A stretch of DNA of 64,000 nucleotides from Candidatus Omnitrophota bacterium (GTDB lineage Bacteria; Omnitrophota; Gorgyraeia; Tantalellales; Tantalellaceae), in NCBI GenBank assembly GCA_015231405.1, contig JADGBR010000001.1, positions 91,964 to 155,963 on the forward strand, written 5' to 3'. This document shows, one piece after another, positions 8,831 through 19,416 of the stretch; position 1 is the first letter of the stretch; every line of letters begins with the position of its first letter. Both the position numbers and the translations under genes were made by a program. The notes under the pieces were generated by a model. It worked only from the letters and a program-made list of their open reading frames with translations, did no database searches and had not been told where the DNA came from.

Positions 8831-11563
8831 ATGATGACCGGAAGCGAAATAAGAAAAAAATTCCTCGACTTCTTTAAGGAGAAAGGGCATAAGATCTACC
8901 AGAGCGATCTCCTTGTGCCGAAGAACGATCCCACATTGCTGTTCACGGGAGCCGGCATGAACCAGTTCAAGGAACAGTTCATGGGCAGGAACATCGAGAG
9001 CCGCCGTGCGGCTACCAGCCAGAAATGCCTTCGGACCGGAGATCTGGATAATGTGGGCAGGACGCCGCGCCACCATACGTTCTTTGAGATGCTCGGGAAT
9101 TTCTCCTTTGGGGATTATTTTAAGAAAGAGGCGATACGATGGGCGTGGGAATTCATGACTGAAGTGATGGAATTCCCGAAGGAAAAACTTTGGGTCTCGG
9201 TATATCATAACGACAGCGAGGCTTATTCCATCTGGCTTAACGAGGTGGGAGTACCGGCCGGAAGGATAGTAAAGCTGGGCGATAAAGATAATTTCTGGCC
9301 GGCCGAGGCCCCTGAGAAAGGCCCTAACGGCCCTTGCGGACCCTGTTCGGAAATATTTTACGACTGGGGTAAGGAGAGGGGATGCGACAGAGATGGCTGC
9401 GACCCCGCCTGCGATTGCGGGAGGTATGTAGAAGTCTGGAACCTGGTTTTTACCGAACTTGAGCGCAAACCTGACGGGACTCTTATCCCGCTCCCCAATA
9501 AAAATATTGATACGGGAATGGGGCTTGAGAGGATCACCTCTGTCGCTCAATCAGCCCGAACTAATTTCGGAACGGACCTCTTTATTCCGATAATTGATAA
9601 GATCAGGGCGAATTTCGACGCGGGCGAAAAAGTTATTGACCCGGAGATAAACCTTATAGCCGACCATATCCGCGCGGCCGTTTTTACTGTTTGCGACGGG
9701 GTGTCTCCTTCAAATGAGAAAAGGGGATATGTTGTAAGGAAGCTCATCCGAAGGGCTTTTCTAAAAGGCCCGTCCGGCCGTGAGCCTTTCCTGTACGCGC
9801 TTGTCCCCGTGGTGACAAAGCTTTACTCGGACGTTTACCCGGAACTTGAGGAAAAGAGGGAGCTTATATCCGCTATCATCATGGAAGAGGAAAAAAGGTT
9901 CAAAGCGACACTGGACGGCGCTATGCCGGTCCTTGAGAGCATGATCCGGGACAACGGGGAAAATATCCTTAAGGGCGCTCAGATATTCAAGTTGGTAGAC
10001 ACATACGGGATGCCCGCGGAAGTCATAATCATGATAGCGGAAAAAAGGGCTATAAAGACCGATATGACGGGTTTCGAGGACCTCATGGAAGCCAGGAGGG
10101 ACGAGTCAAGGAGAGGCAGCGACATCACAAGTGATTTCATCTTTCAGCCTGACTTTTTCAGGAATGCACCTAAGCCGATTTTGTCTAATGAGCTTCCGCT
10201 TAAGGCGGAGCTGGCTTTCATCCTTAAGCAGGGCAAAGAGGCCGCGACGCTGGACGAGGGGGATAAGGCCGAGGTCATTCTTAGCCCGCAAAGCTCTTTA
10301 TTCTATTCCGAGGGCGGGGGACAGGCGGGGGACAAGGGCGCAATAAGGAAAGAAGACGCGACCATGCTCGTCCTTAACACCTATAACGCCGACGGCCGTA
10401 AAGTGATGGAGGTTCTAGTTCAGAAAGGGAGTTTTAATTTAGAGGATAAGGTGACGCTTTATCCCGACGCGGATAACAAGAAAAGAACAGCCTGTAACCA
10501 TACGGCGACGCATCTGCTCCAGGCCGCGCTCAGGGATGTACTCGGAGATCATGTGAAACAGTCGGGTTCATATGTAGATTCGCAGCGTCTGAGGTTCGAT
10601 TTCACCCATATGAAAAAGATAGAGCCGAGAGATATGGCCAGTATCGAAGGGTTGGTTAACCGGTGGATAGAAGATGAAAGACAGGTCTCAATAGAGACTA
10701 AACCCCTTGACGAAGCCAAGAAAGAGGGGGTTCTCTCGTTTTTCGGGGAGAAATACGGTGAGATTGTAAGGGTGGTCAAAGTTGGCGATATTTCAAAAGA
10801 ACTGTGCGGCGGCGATCATGCCGATTCGTCAGGCGATATAGGGTTTTTTAAGATCGTTAGCGAGAGCTCGATCGCGAGCGGGATAAGAAGGATCGAGGCG
10901 TTAACCGACCAGTCGGCAAAGGACTGGCTTCGGAAAAAGGCCAAGCTTCTTATGGAGGGTTATTACGGCGCGGGTGACTCCGCTTTTCTTTCGGTCCTGG
11001 TCAATGACGTGGACGGCCTATCGGATGCGGTAAAGGCCGTTAAAGCGTTACTTGAGGGCAGAGAGGAAATAACAAGCAGGTACATGGCATTTTTCGAGAA
11101 GGATATCGAACCTGTCTTCGCTAAGATGAAAGAATACCTGTCTGAATTGAAAAAGAAGGAACGGAAGTCGAAAGAGGCTGACGGGTTCAATTCCGTAAGA
11201 GAGGAGCTGGATAAAGCGATATCACGCGCTCCGGCGCCGGGAGAGACCTGTTTTCTCTCAGGGGTTTTTTTCGACGTCGAGAGTTCCGTACTTAAAAAAG
11301 GGATCGTCTATGCGGAACAAAAGATAGGGTCGGGCGTTATCATGCTTGGGAATAATTCCGGAGGCACGGTGACGCTCCAATGTTCCGTGACCAAAGATCT
11401 TGCAGGATCGAAGTTCAGCGCCAGGGATATACTGGGAAAAGTCGTTGGTTTTATTGGAGGCGGCGGCGGAGGGAACGACGCGTTCGCCCAGGCCGGGGGT
11501 AAGAACGCGGACGGGCTTCTGGAGGCGATAAAAGAAGCTAAGCGTGTGGTCACGGGAAAGTGA
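8831..11563 (+). CDS. alaS: alanine--tRNA ligase
   Basis: 910 aa. N-terminus IRKKFLDFFKEKGH, WNLVFTELER...DTGMGLERI, C-terminal DHHA1 domain GGGGGN. Confidence 0.95.
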   Translation: MMTGSEIRKKFLDFFKEKGHKIYQSDLLVPKNDPTLLFTGAGMNQFKEQFMGRNIESRRAATSQKCLRTGDLDNVGRTPRHHTFFEMLGNFSFGDYFKKEAIRWAWEFMTEVMEFPKEKLWVSVYHNDSEAYSIWLNEVGVPAGRIVKLGDKDNFWPAEAPEKGPNGPCGPCSEIFYDWGKERGCDRDGCDPACDCGRYVEVWNLVFTELERKPDGTLIPLPNKNIDTGMGLERITSVAQSARTNFGTDLFIPIIDKIRANFDAGEKVIDPEINLIADHIRAAVFTVCDGVSPSNEKRGYVVRKLIRRAFLKGPSGREPFLYALVPVVTKLYSDVYPELEEKRELISAIIMEEEKRFKATLDGAMPVLESMIRDNGENILKGAQIFKLVDTYGMPAEVIIMIAEKRAIKTDMTGFEDLMEARRDESRRGSDITSDFIFQPDFFRNAPKPILSNELPLKAELAFILKQGKEAATLDEGDKAEVILSPQSSLFYSEGGGQAGDKGAIRKEDATMLVLNTYNADGRKVMEVLVQKGSFNLEDKVTLYPDADNKKRTACNHTATHLLQAALRDVLGDHVKQSGSYVDSQRLRFDFTHMKKIEPRDMASIEGLVNRWIEDERQVSIETKPLDEAKKEGVLSFFGEKYGEIVRVVKVGDISKELCGGDHADSSGDIGFFKIVSESSIASGIRRIEALTDQSAKDWLRKKAKLLMEGYYGAGDSAFLSVLVNDVDGLSDAVKAVKALLEGREEITSRYMAFFEKDIEPVFAKMKEYLSELKKKERKSKEADGFNSVREELDKAISRAPAPGETCFLSGVFFDVESSVLKKGIVYAEQKIGSGVIMLGNNSGGTVTLQCSVTKDLAGSKFSARDILGKVVGFIGGGGGGNDAFAQAGGKNADGLLEAIKEAKRVVTGK

Positions 11564-11585
11564 CAGAGCCGGCGAAGGGGACAAT

Positions 11586-12818
11586 ATGAGAAGCATAAAG
11601 ATAGGAAGCGCAAATTTCGAAAAACTTGTGAACAGGGACGACGCGAGGAAAAGGAGGCTGGTAGATAAGGTAGCCGGTATCATCGAGAACGTCCGTTCGC
11701 ACGGGGATAAGGCGGTCATAACTTACACTAAAAGGTTCGACAGGATAGAGCTTTCCAGAAAAGATCTACGGGTGAGCGAGGCCGAGATAAGCGGGGCGTA
11801 TCAGGATATAAAACCCGAATTGGTCAATACCCTCAAACGCATTATCAAGAACATGAACAAGTTCTACCGGAACCAGCTTCCCAAGTCATGGACCATCAAA
11901 CATGAGAGCGGGATCGAGGTGGGCGAAAAATTCGAACCTATCAGGAGAGTGGGTATATATGTGCCTGGCGGAACGGCACCGCTCGTTTCGAGCGTATACA
12001 TGACCGTGATACCTGCCGTCATAGCCGGGGTAAAGGAGATAGTGCTGATGTCACCCCCGAACCAGCATAAAAGCATAGATCCTCATATCCTTGTGATGGC
12101 TAATCTATTGAACGTTAAAGAGATCTATAAAATAGGAGGCGCCCAGGCCATCGCGGCTATGGCACTCGGGACAAAGACCATACCTAAAGTCGATAAGATA
12201 GTTGGTCCGGGTAACGAGTATGTTACGGAGGCCAAGCGGCAGGTGTTCGGGTACGTGGATATCGACATGCTGGCGGGACCCAGCGAGATACTGATCATAG
12301 CCAACCAGCATGCTAATATCGATTTCATTAAGAAAGATCTGTTATCACAGTCAGAACATCATAAGGGGCTGGCTCTCCTGGTGACGCCGTCCAAAAAAAT
12401 ATTTAACGCTTTCCATAAAGACGGGTCGATAAAAGGGTATTTGATAAAGGTCAAGAACCTCGACCAGGCGGTCGAGGTGGCGAACCTCGTCGCTCCGGAA
12501 CACCTTGAGATAATGGTAAAATCCCCGGGAAGGTTGATGAAGAACATCAAGAACGCCGGAGCGATATTCCTGGGTGATTACTCTCCGGTAACTCTCGGCG
12601 ATTATGTGGCCGGGCCCAGCCATGTGCTGCCTACCGGAGGGACAGCCAGGTTTTTTTCAGGGTTGAACCTGAGGAGTTTCGTTAAAAGCTCTCATATCAT
12701 TTCGTATTCGAAAAAAGCGCTCAGCCAGTCGGCGGAGCTCGTTAAAGACCTTACGGACCTGGAAAGACTTAAATGCCACTGGGAATCGGTAGCTGTAAGG
12801 AACGAGGATGAAAAGTGA
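11586..12818 (+). CDS. hisD: histidinol dehydrogenase
   Basis: About 410 aa of the HisD family. RBS GAAGGGGA precedes ATG 11586. The 6-frame ORF start at 11544 overlaps alaS. Confidence 0.9.
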   Translation: MRSIKIGSANFEKLVNRDDARKRRLVDKVAGIIENVRSHGDKAVITYTKRFDRIELSRKDLRVSEAEISGAYQDIKPELVNTLKRIIKNMNKFYRNQLPKSWTIKHESGIEVGEKFEPIRRVGIYVPGGTAPLVSSVYMTVIPAVIAGVKEIVLMSPPNQHKSIDPHILVMANLLNVKEIYKIGGAQAIAAMALGTKTIPKVDKIVGPGNEYVTEAKRQVFGYVDIDMLAGPSEILIIANQHANIDFIKKDLLSQSEHHKGLALLVTPSKKIFNAFHKDGSIKGYLIKVKNLDQAVEVANLVAPEHLEIMVKSPGRLMKNIKNAGAIFLGDYSPVTLGDYVAGPSHVLPTGGTARFFSGLNLRSFVKSSHIISYSKKALSQSAELVKDLTDLERLKCHWESVAVRNEDEK

Positions 12819-12873
12819 GACTGGGCAGGGCATATTCCGGGAATGAGCCTGTCTTACGCGCGAGGAGGACACG

Positions 12874-13515
12874 ATGGTTAAATCAGGGAAAAAGGAAAGC
12901 AAGGCTCAAAGAAGTACGTCTTATGAAAGAAAAACAAAAGAAACACAGATAGATATACCTCTTCTGAACATAGACGGCAAAGGTGAGTCCAGGATCAAGA
13001 CACGCATAGGTTTTCTTGATCATATGCTGACGCTTTTCGCGTATCACGGTTTTTTCGATATAGAGCTTAACGCGGAGGGGGACACCCATGTGGACAATCA
13101 CCACCTTAACGAGGATATAGGTCTGGCCATCGCCGATGCTTTTAAGAAAGCCCTGGCTGAGTCCAGAGGCATCGTAAGGATAGCGTCCGCCGAGGTTCCC
13201 ATGGACATGGTCAGCGCCAAGGTCCTTATCGATATCTCTAATAGGCCGGCATTCAGATTTATATCCAAAAGGGAAGGAGTCGAGATAAAGGACTCGGAAG
13301 GGTATTCGATGCATTACGCCGTGGATTTTCTTGAAAGTTTCGCTAAAAGGCTGGGGATGAACCTTCACATAGAGATAAACGGCGGGGCGAGCGACGTGGA
13401 TATGCACCATTATCTGGAAGCCGTTTTTAAGGCTTTCGGCATGGCGATGGATAAAGCGACTGCGTTAGACCCCAGGCGTGAAGGGGAAGTGCCGTCGAGT
13501 AAGGGGATATTGTAA
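12874..13515 (+). CDS. hisB: imidazoleglycerol-phosphate dehydratase
   Basis: Motifs TKETQIDI, GFLDHML, DNHHLNED, HYLEAVFKAFG of IGPD. Confidence 0.9.
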   Translation: MVKSGKKESKAQRSTSYERKTKETQIDIPLLNIDGKGESRIKTRIGFLDHMLTLFAYHGFFDIELNAEGDTHVDNHHLNEDIGLAIADAFKKALAESRGIVRIASAEVPMDMVSAKVLIDISNRPAFRFISKREGVEIKDSEGYSMHYAVDFLESFAKRLGMNLHIEINGGASDVDMHHYLEAVFKAFGMAMDKATALDPRREGEVPSSKGIL

Positions 13516-13517
13516 TA

Positions 13518-13594
13518 GACTATGGACCATGGACAATGGACTATGGACTTTTTTTGGTCAAATACCTTTTAAGGTCCATGGTCTATGGTCCAAT
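13518..13594. repeat. heptamer array GACNATG x4 (gactatg gaccatg gacaatg gactatg), 28-nt T-rich spacer, reverse-complement array gtccatg gtctatg gtccaat
   Basis: Read directly from the sequence. Lies between hisB and hisH. Predicted stem about 21 bp. Confidence 0.75.
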
Positions 13595-13607
13595 TAGGAT
13601 ATGCGAC

Positions 13608-14216
13608 ATGATTGGTATAATTGATTACGGTTCCGGCAATCTGATGAGCGTTTATAACGCTTTTAAGTATTTGGGCCAAGATGTCCGGGTATGCGGGAAA
13701 CCGTCGGAATTGGACATCGCGGATAAGATCGTTCTCCCCGGCGTAGGATCTTCCAGGGCTGCGATGGATTGTCTCAGTGAAAAAGGGCTCCTGGATGCGA
13801 TAATAGGCGCTATAAAAAAAGGGAAGAACTTCCTTGGTTTGTGCCTGGGGCTCCAGCTTTTACTCGAAACGAGCGAAGAGAGCGGAGGGTGTGATTGTTT
13901 AGGGCTCTTCAAGGGGACTGTAAGGCTTTTCCCCGGGAACATGGGCCTAAAAGTCCCGCATATGGGATGGAACACTGTAGGCTTCGGAAAAAGGGATTGC
14001 CCTATTTTTAAGGGGATACCTGACAATAGCTATTTTTATTTTGTTCATTCTTATTACTGCGATAACCGGGACGAAGCCATAACCGCCGGCGTAACGGGCT
14101 ATGGTCTGGATTTTACATCCGCTGTATGGGACGCGAACGTATTCGCGCTGCAATTCCACCCGGAAAGGTCTCAGGAGAACGGGTTACGAATACTAAGAAA
14201 CTTCATAGAGCTATGA
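13608..14216 (+). CDS. hisH: imidazole glycerol phosphate synthase, glutaminase subunit
   Basis: [15 protein letters not shown], catalytic [14 protein letters not shown]. Confidence 0.9.
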   Translation: MIGIIDYGSGNLMSVYNAFKYLGQDVRVCGKPSELDIADKIVLPGVGSSRAAMDCLSEKGLLDAIIGAIKKGKNFLGLCLGLQLLLETSEESGGCDCLGLFKGTVRLFPGNMGLKVPHMGWNTVGFGKRDCPIFKGIPDNSYFYFVHSYYCDNRDEAITAGVTGYGLDFTSAVWDANVFALQFHPERSQENGLRILRNFIEL

Positions 14217-14953
14217 TAATTATACCGGCGATAGACATTATCGGGGGAAGGACGGTCAGGCTCGAAAAGGGTAGTTATGACCGCGAGCTTAAGTATGACA
14301 TGTCGCCGGTTGACGCCGCGCTTTTGTGGGAGAAAGCCGGAGCGGAACTTCTGCATGTGATCGATCTGGAAGGCGCCAGGGCCGGAAAGCCCATCAATAA
14401 GGTGATAGCCGGGGAAATAATCGGTAAAGTGAGGATACCGGTCCAGGTCGGCGGGGGTTACAGGGATATAGGATCGATAAGGGACGCTCTGGCTATTGGA
14501 GCCAGGAGAGTTATCGTAGGATCGAAAGCTATAGAGGACCTGGATTTCGCGGAACAAGCCGTAAAAATATTCGGTGACAAGGTCATTTTTAGCGTCGATG
14601 TGTCCAAAGGAAAGATAAGGATCAGCGGGTGGGAGCGTTCTGTCGGAGCGGACATCGGGGAGATATTTGGAAGGCTTAAGGGTATAGGCGTTACTGAGAT
14701 CATTTTTACCGATATATCCAGGGATGGGACGCTGGCCGGTCCGGATATTGAAGGGATCAGTGAGATTTTTCATGGCGCCGGGCTTAAATTTATCTATGCC
14801 GGAGGTATAAAGAACGTAGGGCATATATCTAAAATGAGGGATCTGTCCCGAATAGGATTGACCGGCATCATCACGGGCCGCGCCCTTTACGACGGTACGA
14901 TAGATCTCAGGGAGGCAATTAGTGCTTGCGAAAAGGGTAATACCCTGTCTTGA
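14213..14953 (+). CDS. hisA: ProFAR isomerase
   Basis: [17 protein letters not shown]. The ATG overlaps the hisH stop (ATGA). Confidence 0.9.
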   Translation: MIIIPAIDIIGGRTVRLEKGSYDRELKYDMSPVDAALLWEKAGAELLHVIDLEGARAGKPINKVIAGEIIGKVRIPVQVGGGYRDIGSIRDALAIGARRVIVGSKAIEDLDFAEQAVKIFGDKVIFSVDVSKGKIRISGWERSVGADIGEIFGRLKGIGVTEIIFTDISRDGTLAGPDIEGISEIFHGAGLKFIYAGGIKNVGHISKMRDLSRIGLTGIITGRALYDGTIDLREAISACEKGNTLS

Positions 14954-15683
14954 TGTAAAGGACGGGAGGGTCGTTAAGGGTGTGAATTTTCTCTCTCTAC
15001 GGGATGCCGGCGATCCTGTCGAGAACGCTAAAATATATAACGACGAAGGCGCCGATGAACTTGTTTTCCTGGATATTACGGCAAGTTACGAAGCCAGAAA
15101 GACCATGGTAGATGTCGTAAGGAACGTAGCCAGGCAGGTGTTCATGCCCTTTACGGTCGGGGGGGGGATCTCTTCGATCGAGGATATAAGGGATATGCTC
15201 AACGCCGGGTGCGATAAGGTATCCATAAACACTTCGGCCGTCAAAAGGCCTCAGCTGGTGAAAGAAGCGAGCGATAAATTCGGTACACAATGCATAGTTG
15301 TGGCTATAGACGCCAAGAGCGGAACGAAAGGCGGCTGGGAAGTCTATATAAAAGGAGGACGCGAGTCGACCGGCATCGACGCGGTTGAGTGGGCTAAGAA
15401 AGCTGCGTCTTTGGGCGCAGGCGAGATACTTTTGACGAGCATGGACCGTGACGGAACAAAGAACGGTTTTGACATAGCGCTCACACGGGCGGTTTCTAGT
15501 GCCGTGAACATACCCGTTATCGCTTCAGGCGGATGCGGCGGACTCGACGATTTTGTAGATGTGTTCCGTCAAGCCGGAGCCGACGCCGCCCTGGCCGCGT
15601 CGATATTCCATTTTCGCGAATTTTCGATCAAAGAGGTGAAGGAAAAGCTGCGTAGTTCCGGGATAATTGTACGTAATCAGTAG
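14922..15683 (+). CDS. hisF: imidazole glycerol phosphate synthase, cyclase subunit
   Basis: [17 protein letters not shown]; the GTG start overlaps the hisA end. Classic HisF barrel. Confidence 0.9.
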   Translation: MLAKRVIPCLDVKDGRVVKGVNFLSLRDAGDPVENAKIYNDEGADELVFLDITASYEARKTMVDVVRNVARQVFMPFTVGGGISSIEDIRDMLNAGCDKVSINTSAVKRPQLVKEASDKFGTQCIVVAIDAKSGTKGGWEVYIKGGRESTGIDAVEWAKKAASLGAGEILLTSMDRDGTKNGFDIALTRAVSSAVNIPVIASGGCGGLDDFVDVFRQAGADAALAASIFHFREFSIKEVKEKLRSSGIIVRNQ

Positions 15684-15739
15684 GGGCGGCCCTTGTGGCC
15701 GCCCTAAAAAAGTCCATGGTCCATGGTCCATGGTCTAAA
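15684..15739. repeat. GC hairpin GGGCGGCC-cttgt-GGCCGCCC, A7, then perfect tandem GTCCATG x3
   Basis: Between hisF and hisI. Same CATGGAC/GTCCATG unit as the hisB-hisH array. Confidence 0.7.
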
Positions 15740-15754
15740 TCAAAGGGGGCGAAC

Positions 15755-16147
15755 ATGGACTTAACGCGATTCATTGAAGAGTTGATTTTTAATCATCATG
15801 GGCTCATCCCTGCCGTCATTCAGGATGACGCGAGCGGCAGGGTTTTGACTTTATGTTATATGGATAAAATGGCCATCCTCAAAACTATCGAAGAAAAGAA
15901 GATCTATGTGTTCAGGAGATCGTCGGGGCGTCTCATGCTTAAGGGGGAGGTTTCGGGTAATATCCAGGTCGTTAAGAGCGTTTACGTAGATTGCGCAGAT
16001 AACTCCCTTCTTTTTAAAGTCGATCCGGTAAAAGCCGCATGTCACGAAGGCTATTTCAGCTGTTTTTACCAGAAGATAGACGACAATGGTAACCGCATTG
16101 TGAGCGAGGAGCGGCTCTTCGATCCGAAGGAAGTGTACAGGGCATAG
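15755..16147 (+). CDS. hisI: phosphoribosyl-AMP cyclohydrolase (no fused HisE domain)
   Basis: 130 aa with LIPAVIQD...CHEGYFSCFY. RBS AAAGGGGG. Confidence 0.85.
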   Translation: MDLTRFIEELIFNHHGLIPAVIQDDASGRVLTLCYMDKMAILKTIEEKKIYVFRRSSGRLMLKGEVSGNIQVVKSVYVDCADNSLLFKVDPVKAACHEGYFSCFYQKIDDNGNRIVSEERLFDPKEVYRA

Positions 16148-16165
16148 CTGACAGGTGAAGTTGAT

Positions 16166-17641
16166 ATGTATTATCCCGACAAACAAAAGTTCATTGAATT
16201 GAGTCAGAACGGTAACCTTATCCCGGTTTGCCGTGAAATGCTGGCTGATTTTGATACCCCTCTATCGGTGTTCATCAAGGTCGACCGCGGGGAGCATTCG
16301 TTCCTTCTCGAGTCGGTCGTGGGTGGGGAGAGGCTAGGAAGGTATTCCATTATAGGGACCGAACCGGCCCTTGTTGTGGAGCTTAAAGCAAAACGGATCA
16401 AAATAACCGAAGACGGAAAAACCGACTCACGTGACATCGTCGGCGACCCTTTCAGCGAAATAAAAAAAATAATGGCGCGCTATAAACCGGTCGCGGTCCA
16501 GGGACTCCCGAGATTTTCAGGGGGGCTCATAGGCTATATCGGATACGACTCAGTCAGGTTCATCGAGGATATCCCCGACAAGAACCCGGAAGGGATAGAC
16601 ATGCCTGACATGAAGTTCGTGCTGGCTGACACTATCCTAATATTCGACCACATAGACAGGAAGATAAAAATAGTCGCCAACGCCTTATTGAACGGTGAGC
16701 CCGGGGAAATATATGACCGCGTCTTAAGGAAGATAGACGATATGGCATCAAGGCTTAGGGCGCCGGTTACGGTTCCCGTGAGCAGGGAGATATCCGGCAA
16801 GGCATCCCTTGTTGAGTCCAATTTCTCCAGAGAAGCTTTTATGAAAGTGGTCGAAAGGGCAAAGGAACATATACGGCGCGGGGATATAATACAGATGGTA
16901 CCGTCACAACGCCTGAAAAGGTCGACATCAGCCGATCCTTTTTCAATATACAGAGCACTCAGGTCGATAAATCCTTCGCCGTACATGTATTATCTCAAGT
17001 TTGGTGATGTCCGGGTGATAGGATCTTCCCCGGAGATACTTGTCCGGGCGGAGGAAGGTATAGTCGAGGTAAGGCCGATCGCCGGTACTAGAAAAAGAGG
17101 GAAGGATCCCGATGACGATATTGCTCTTGAGAAGGAGCTTCTCCAGGATCCCAAAGAAAGGGCCGAGCATATAATGCTCGTGGACCTGGGACGCAACGAT
17201 ATCGGAAGGGTATGCGAATACTCGAGCGTCCAGCCCCGGGAACTTATGAGGATAGAACGATACTCACATGTCATGCACATTGTCAGCGACGTTACGGGAA
17301 AGCTAAGGCCGGATAAGGATATATTCGATGTTATAAGGGCGACATTTCCCGCCGGGACCGTGACCGGTGCTCCCAAGGTAAGGGCTATGGAACTCATAGA
17401 CGAGTTCGAGAATATTAAACGCGGCCTTTACGCCGGCTCAGTGGGGTATATAGGGTTTTCGGGGAACATTGACCTATGCATCGCGATACGTACCATTATC
17501 ATAAAGGACGGCGTTTCGTATGTGCAGGCCGGGGCCGGTATAGTCCTTGATTCGGAACCGGAAAAAGAATATGAGGAAACCCTTAATAAAGCGAAAGGGA
17601 TGATGATGGCGATAGATTTCGCGGAGCGGGGGCTTGAATAG
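16166..17641 (+). CDS. trpE: anthranilate synthase component I
   Basis: 491 aa with LESV..GE..GRYS and a C-terminal chorismate-binding domain (GAGIVLDS). Only 18 nt after hisI. Confidence 0.9.
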   Translation: MYYPDKQKFIELSQNGNLIPVCREMLADFDTPLSVFIKVDRGEHSFLLESVVGGERLGRYSIIGTEPALVVELKAKRIKITEDGKTDSRDIVGDPFSEIKKIMARYKPVAVQGLPRFSGGLIGYIGYDSVRFIEDIPDKNPEGIDMPDMKFVLADTILIFDHIDRKIKIVANALLNGEPGEIYDRVLRKIDDMASRLRAPVTVPVSREISGKASLVESNFSREAFMKVVERAKEHIRRGDIIQMVPSQRLKRSTSADPFSIYRALRSINPSPYMYYLKFGDVRVIGSSPEILVRAEEGIVEVRPIAGTRKRGKDPDDDIALEKELLQDPKERAEHIMLVDLGRNDIGRVCEYSSVQPRELMRIERYSHVMHIVSDVTGKLRPDKDIFDVIRATFPAGTVTGAPKVRAMELIDEFENIKRGLYAGSVGYIGFSGNIDLCIAIRTIIIKDGVSYVQAGAGIVLDSEPEKEYEETLNKAKGMMMAIDFAERGLE

Positions 17642-17650
17642 TATGTATAG

Positions 17651-17758
17651 GCATAGCGCAGAGCGCATGGCGCATAGCTTGATGATTATAGTGTATAGAG
17701 CAACCGGACAGGGTTAATGAAGACATTTACGCCATGCGCTTTGCTCTATGCGCTATGC
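17651..17758. repeat. heptamer array GCANNGC x4 (gcatagc gcagagc gcatggc gcatagc), 52-nt loop, reverse-complement array gccatgc gctttgc tctatgc gctatgc
   Basis: Between trpE and trpG. Outer heptamers are perfectly complementary, inner ones have 1-2 mismatches, giving a roughly 28-bp imperfect stem. Confidence 0.75.
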
Positions 17759-17784
17759 AAAAAGGCGCACACGGAGAAAAAAAG

Positions 17785-18348
17785 ATGATCCTCGTCATAG
17801 ACAATTATGATTCGTTCACATATAACCTGGTTCAGTATATAGGGGAAACAGGAAGAGAAGTTGTTGTTTTTCGGAATGACAAGATCACGCTCGATGAGAT
17901 CAGAGGCATGAAACCCGAAAAGTTGATCATTTCGCCTGGCCCAGGCAGACCGGACGAGGCGGGGATCTCGAAGGAAGTTATCGCGCGATTTACCGGAACG
18001 ATTCCCATCCTTGGGGTTTGTCTCGGGCATCAGTCCATCGGCGAAGTGTTCGGAGCCAGCGTGGTCCGGGCGGCAAGGATAATGCACGGCAAGGTCAGCG
18101 ATATTTACCATAACAGCAAAGGAATATTCAAGGATATACCGTCGCCTTTTACCGCGACGAGATACCACTCGCTGCTCATAGAACCAAAAACCCTTAAGAA
18201 GCCGCTTGAGGTCACGGCGTGGACGGATCAAGGGGAGATAATGGGTATCAGCCATATGGATAAACCGTTATGGGGCGTCCAGTTCCACCCGGAATCGATC
18301 CTGACGGTAGAGGGAAAGAAGCTGTTGAGAAATTTTCTGGAGATGTGA
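17785..18348 (+). CDS. trpG: anthranilate synthase component II (glutamine amidotransferase)
   Basis: [18 protein letters not shown], catalytic GVCLGHQ, HPES. The 6-frame ORF start at 17734 lies inside the repeat hairpin and is rejected. Confidence 0.9.
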   Translation: MILVIDNYDSFTYNLVQYIGETGREVVVFRNDKITLDEIRGMKPEKLIISPGPGRPDEAGISKEVIARFTGTIPILGVCLGHQSIGEVFGASVVRAARIMHGKVSDIYHNSKGIFKDIPSPFTATRYHSLLIEPKTLKKPLEVTAWTDQGEIMGISHMDKPLWGVQFHPESILTVEGKKLLRNFLEM

Positions 18349-18372
18349 TAAAAAAGCTGAAGTATTAGTTAA

Positions 18373-19416
18373 ATGATCATAAAAGACGCGATAATTCAAG
18401 TTACCGGACGAAAGTCTCTGACCGAAGCAGAGGCGAATACGGTATTCAACGAGATCATGAGCGGGTTATGCACACCGGCGCAGATTGGGGCGCTGCTCGT
18501 CGCACTTAAGATGAAGGGTGAGACTGCCGGGGAGATAACAGGAGCCGCCCGGGCGATCCGTGAGAGAGCATTGAGGATATATCCTCTTGGAAAAGACTGG
18601 GAGATCGGAGGGGGTATTCTTCTGGATACTTGCGGGACGGGAGGGTCAGGGAAGAATATATTCAATGTATCGACCGTAACCGCGTTCGTCGTCGCCGGGG
18701 CCGGAGTGAAAGTGTCCAAGCATGGCAACAGAGCGTCTTCAGGTTCGTCGGGAAGCGCTGATGTGCTCGAAGCGCTGGGGGTTAAAGTTGATGTCGACCC
18801 TTTGATAACGGAAAAATGCGTAAGGGAAATAGGCATTGGATTCATGTTCGCCCCGGTTTACCATGCCGCGATGAAGCATGCCGCGCTCCCGCGTAAAGAG
18901 ATAGGGGTGAGGACGATATTTAACCTGCTGGGGCCGCTAGCTAACCCCGCGAACGCGAACTGCCATATTATGGGAGTATTTGACGGTGAGCTGGCCGAAA
19001 TAATGGCTGATGTCCTAGAGCGGCTGGGAGTTAAACACGCTTATGTTGTTCACGGGATGGAAGGTCTTGACGAAGTATCTATAACCGGTAAAACAATGAT
19101 ATTCGAGGTAATTAACTTAGAAGTGAAGAAGTTCTTCCTGGAACCGTCGGATTTCGGTATCGGGAACGCCACTCTCAACGATATTAAAGGCGGAACTCCG
19201 GCAGAGAACGCAAAAATAGCGAGGGATATATTATCGGCTAAAAAAGGCCCATGTATGGATATGGTTCTCTTGAACGCGAGCATCGCTCTTATGGCATCCG
19301 GGAAAGCCGCTAACCCTGTGGAAGGCGTTAAGATAGCCCGTTATTCCATAGAGTCAGGTGCCGCTTCCGCGAAGCTTGATATGCTTGTTAAAATAACCAG
19401 GGAAGGAGAGATATGA
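18373..19416 (+). CDS. trpD: anthranilate phosphoribosyltransferase
   Basis: DTCGTGGSGKNIFNVST; KHGNRA. Confidence 0.9.
   Translation: MIIKDAIIQVTGRKSLTEAEANTVFNEIMSGLCTPAQIGALLVALKMKGETAGEITGAARAIRERALRIYPLGKDWEIGGGILLDTCGTGGSGKNIFNVSTVTAFVVAGAGVKVSKHGNRASSGSSGSADVLEALGVKVDVDPLITEKCVREIGIGFMFAPVYHAAMKHAALPRKEIGVRTIFNLLGPLANPANANCHIMGVFDGELAEIMADVLERLGVKHAYVVHGMEGLDEVSITGKTMIFEVINLEVKKFFLEPSDFGIGNATLNDIKGGTPAENAKIARDILSAKKGPCMDMVLLNASIALMASGKAANPVEGVKIARYSIESGAASAKLDMLVKITREGEI

Noticed and set aside
8792-9550. 252-aa minus-strand ORF overlapping recA end and alaS start
   Set aside because: Antisense to two strongly supported genes. No recognisable motifs.
15684-15704. GC hairpin after hisF as an intrinsic terminator
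   Set aside because: It is followed by an A tract, not a U tract, on the coding strand. hisI follows 50 nt later with no promoter.
17734-17784. Upstream extension of trpG ([17 protein letters not shown])
   Set aside because: It lies in the repeat hairpin arm. TrpG homologs start at MILVIDNYD. Kept only as a possible short uORF in the findings.
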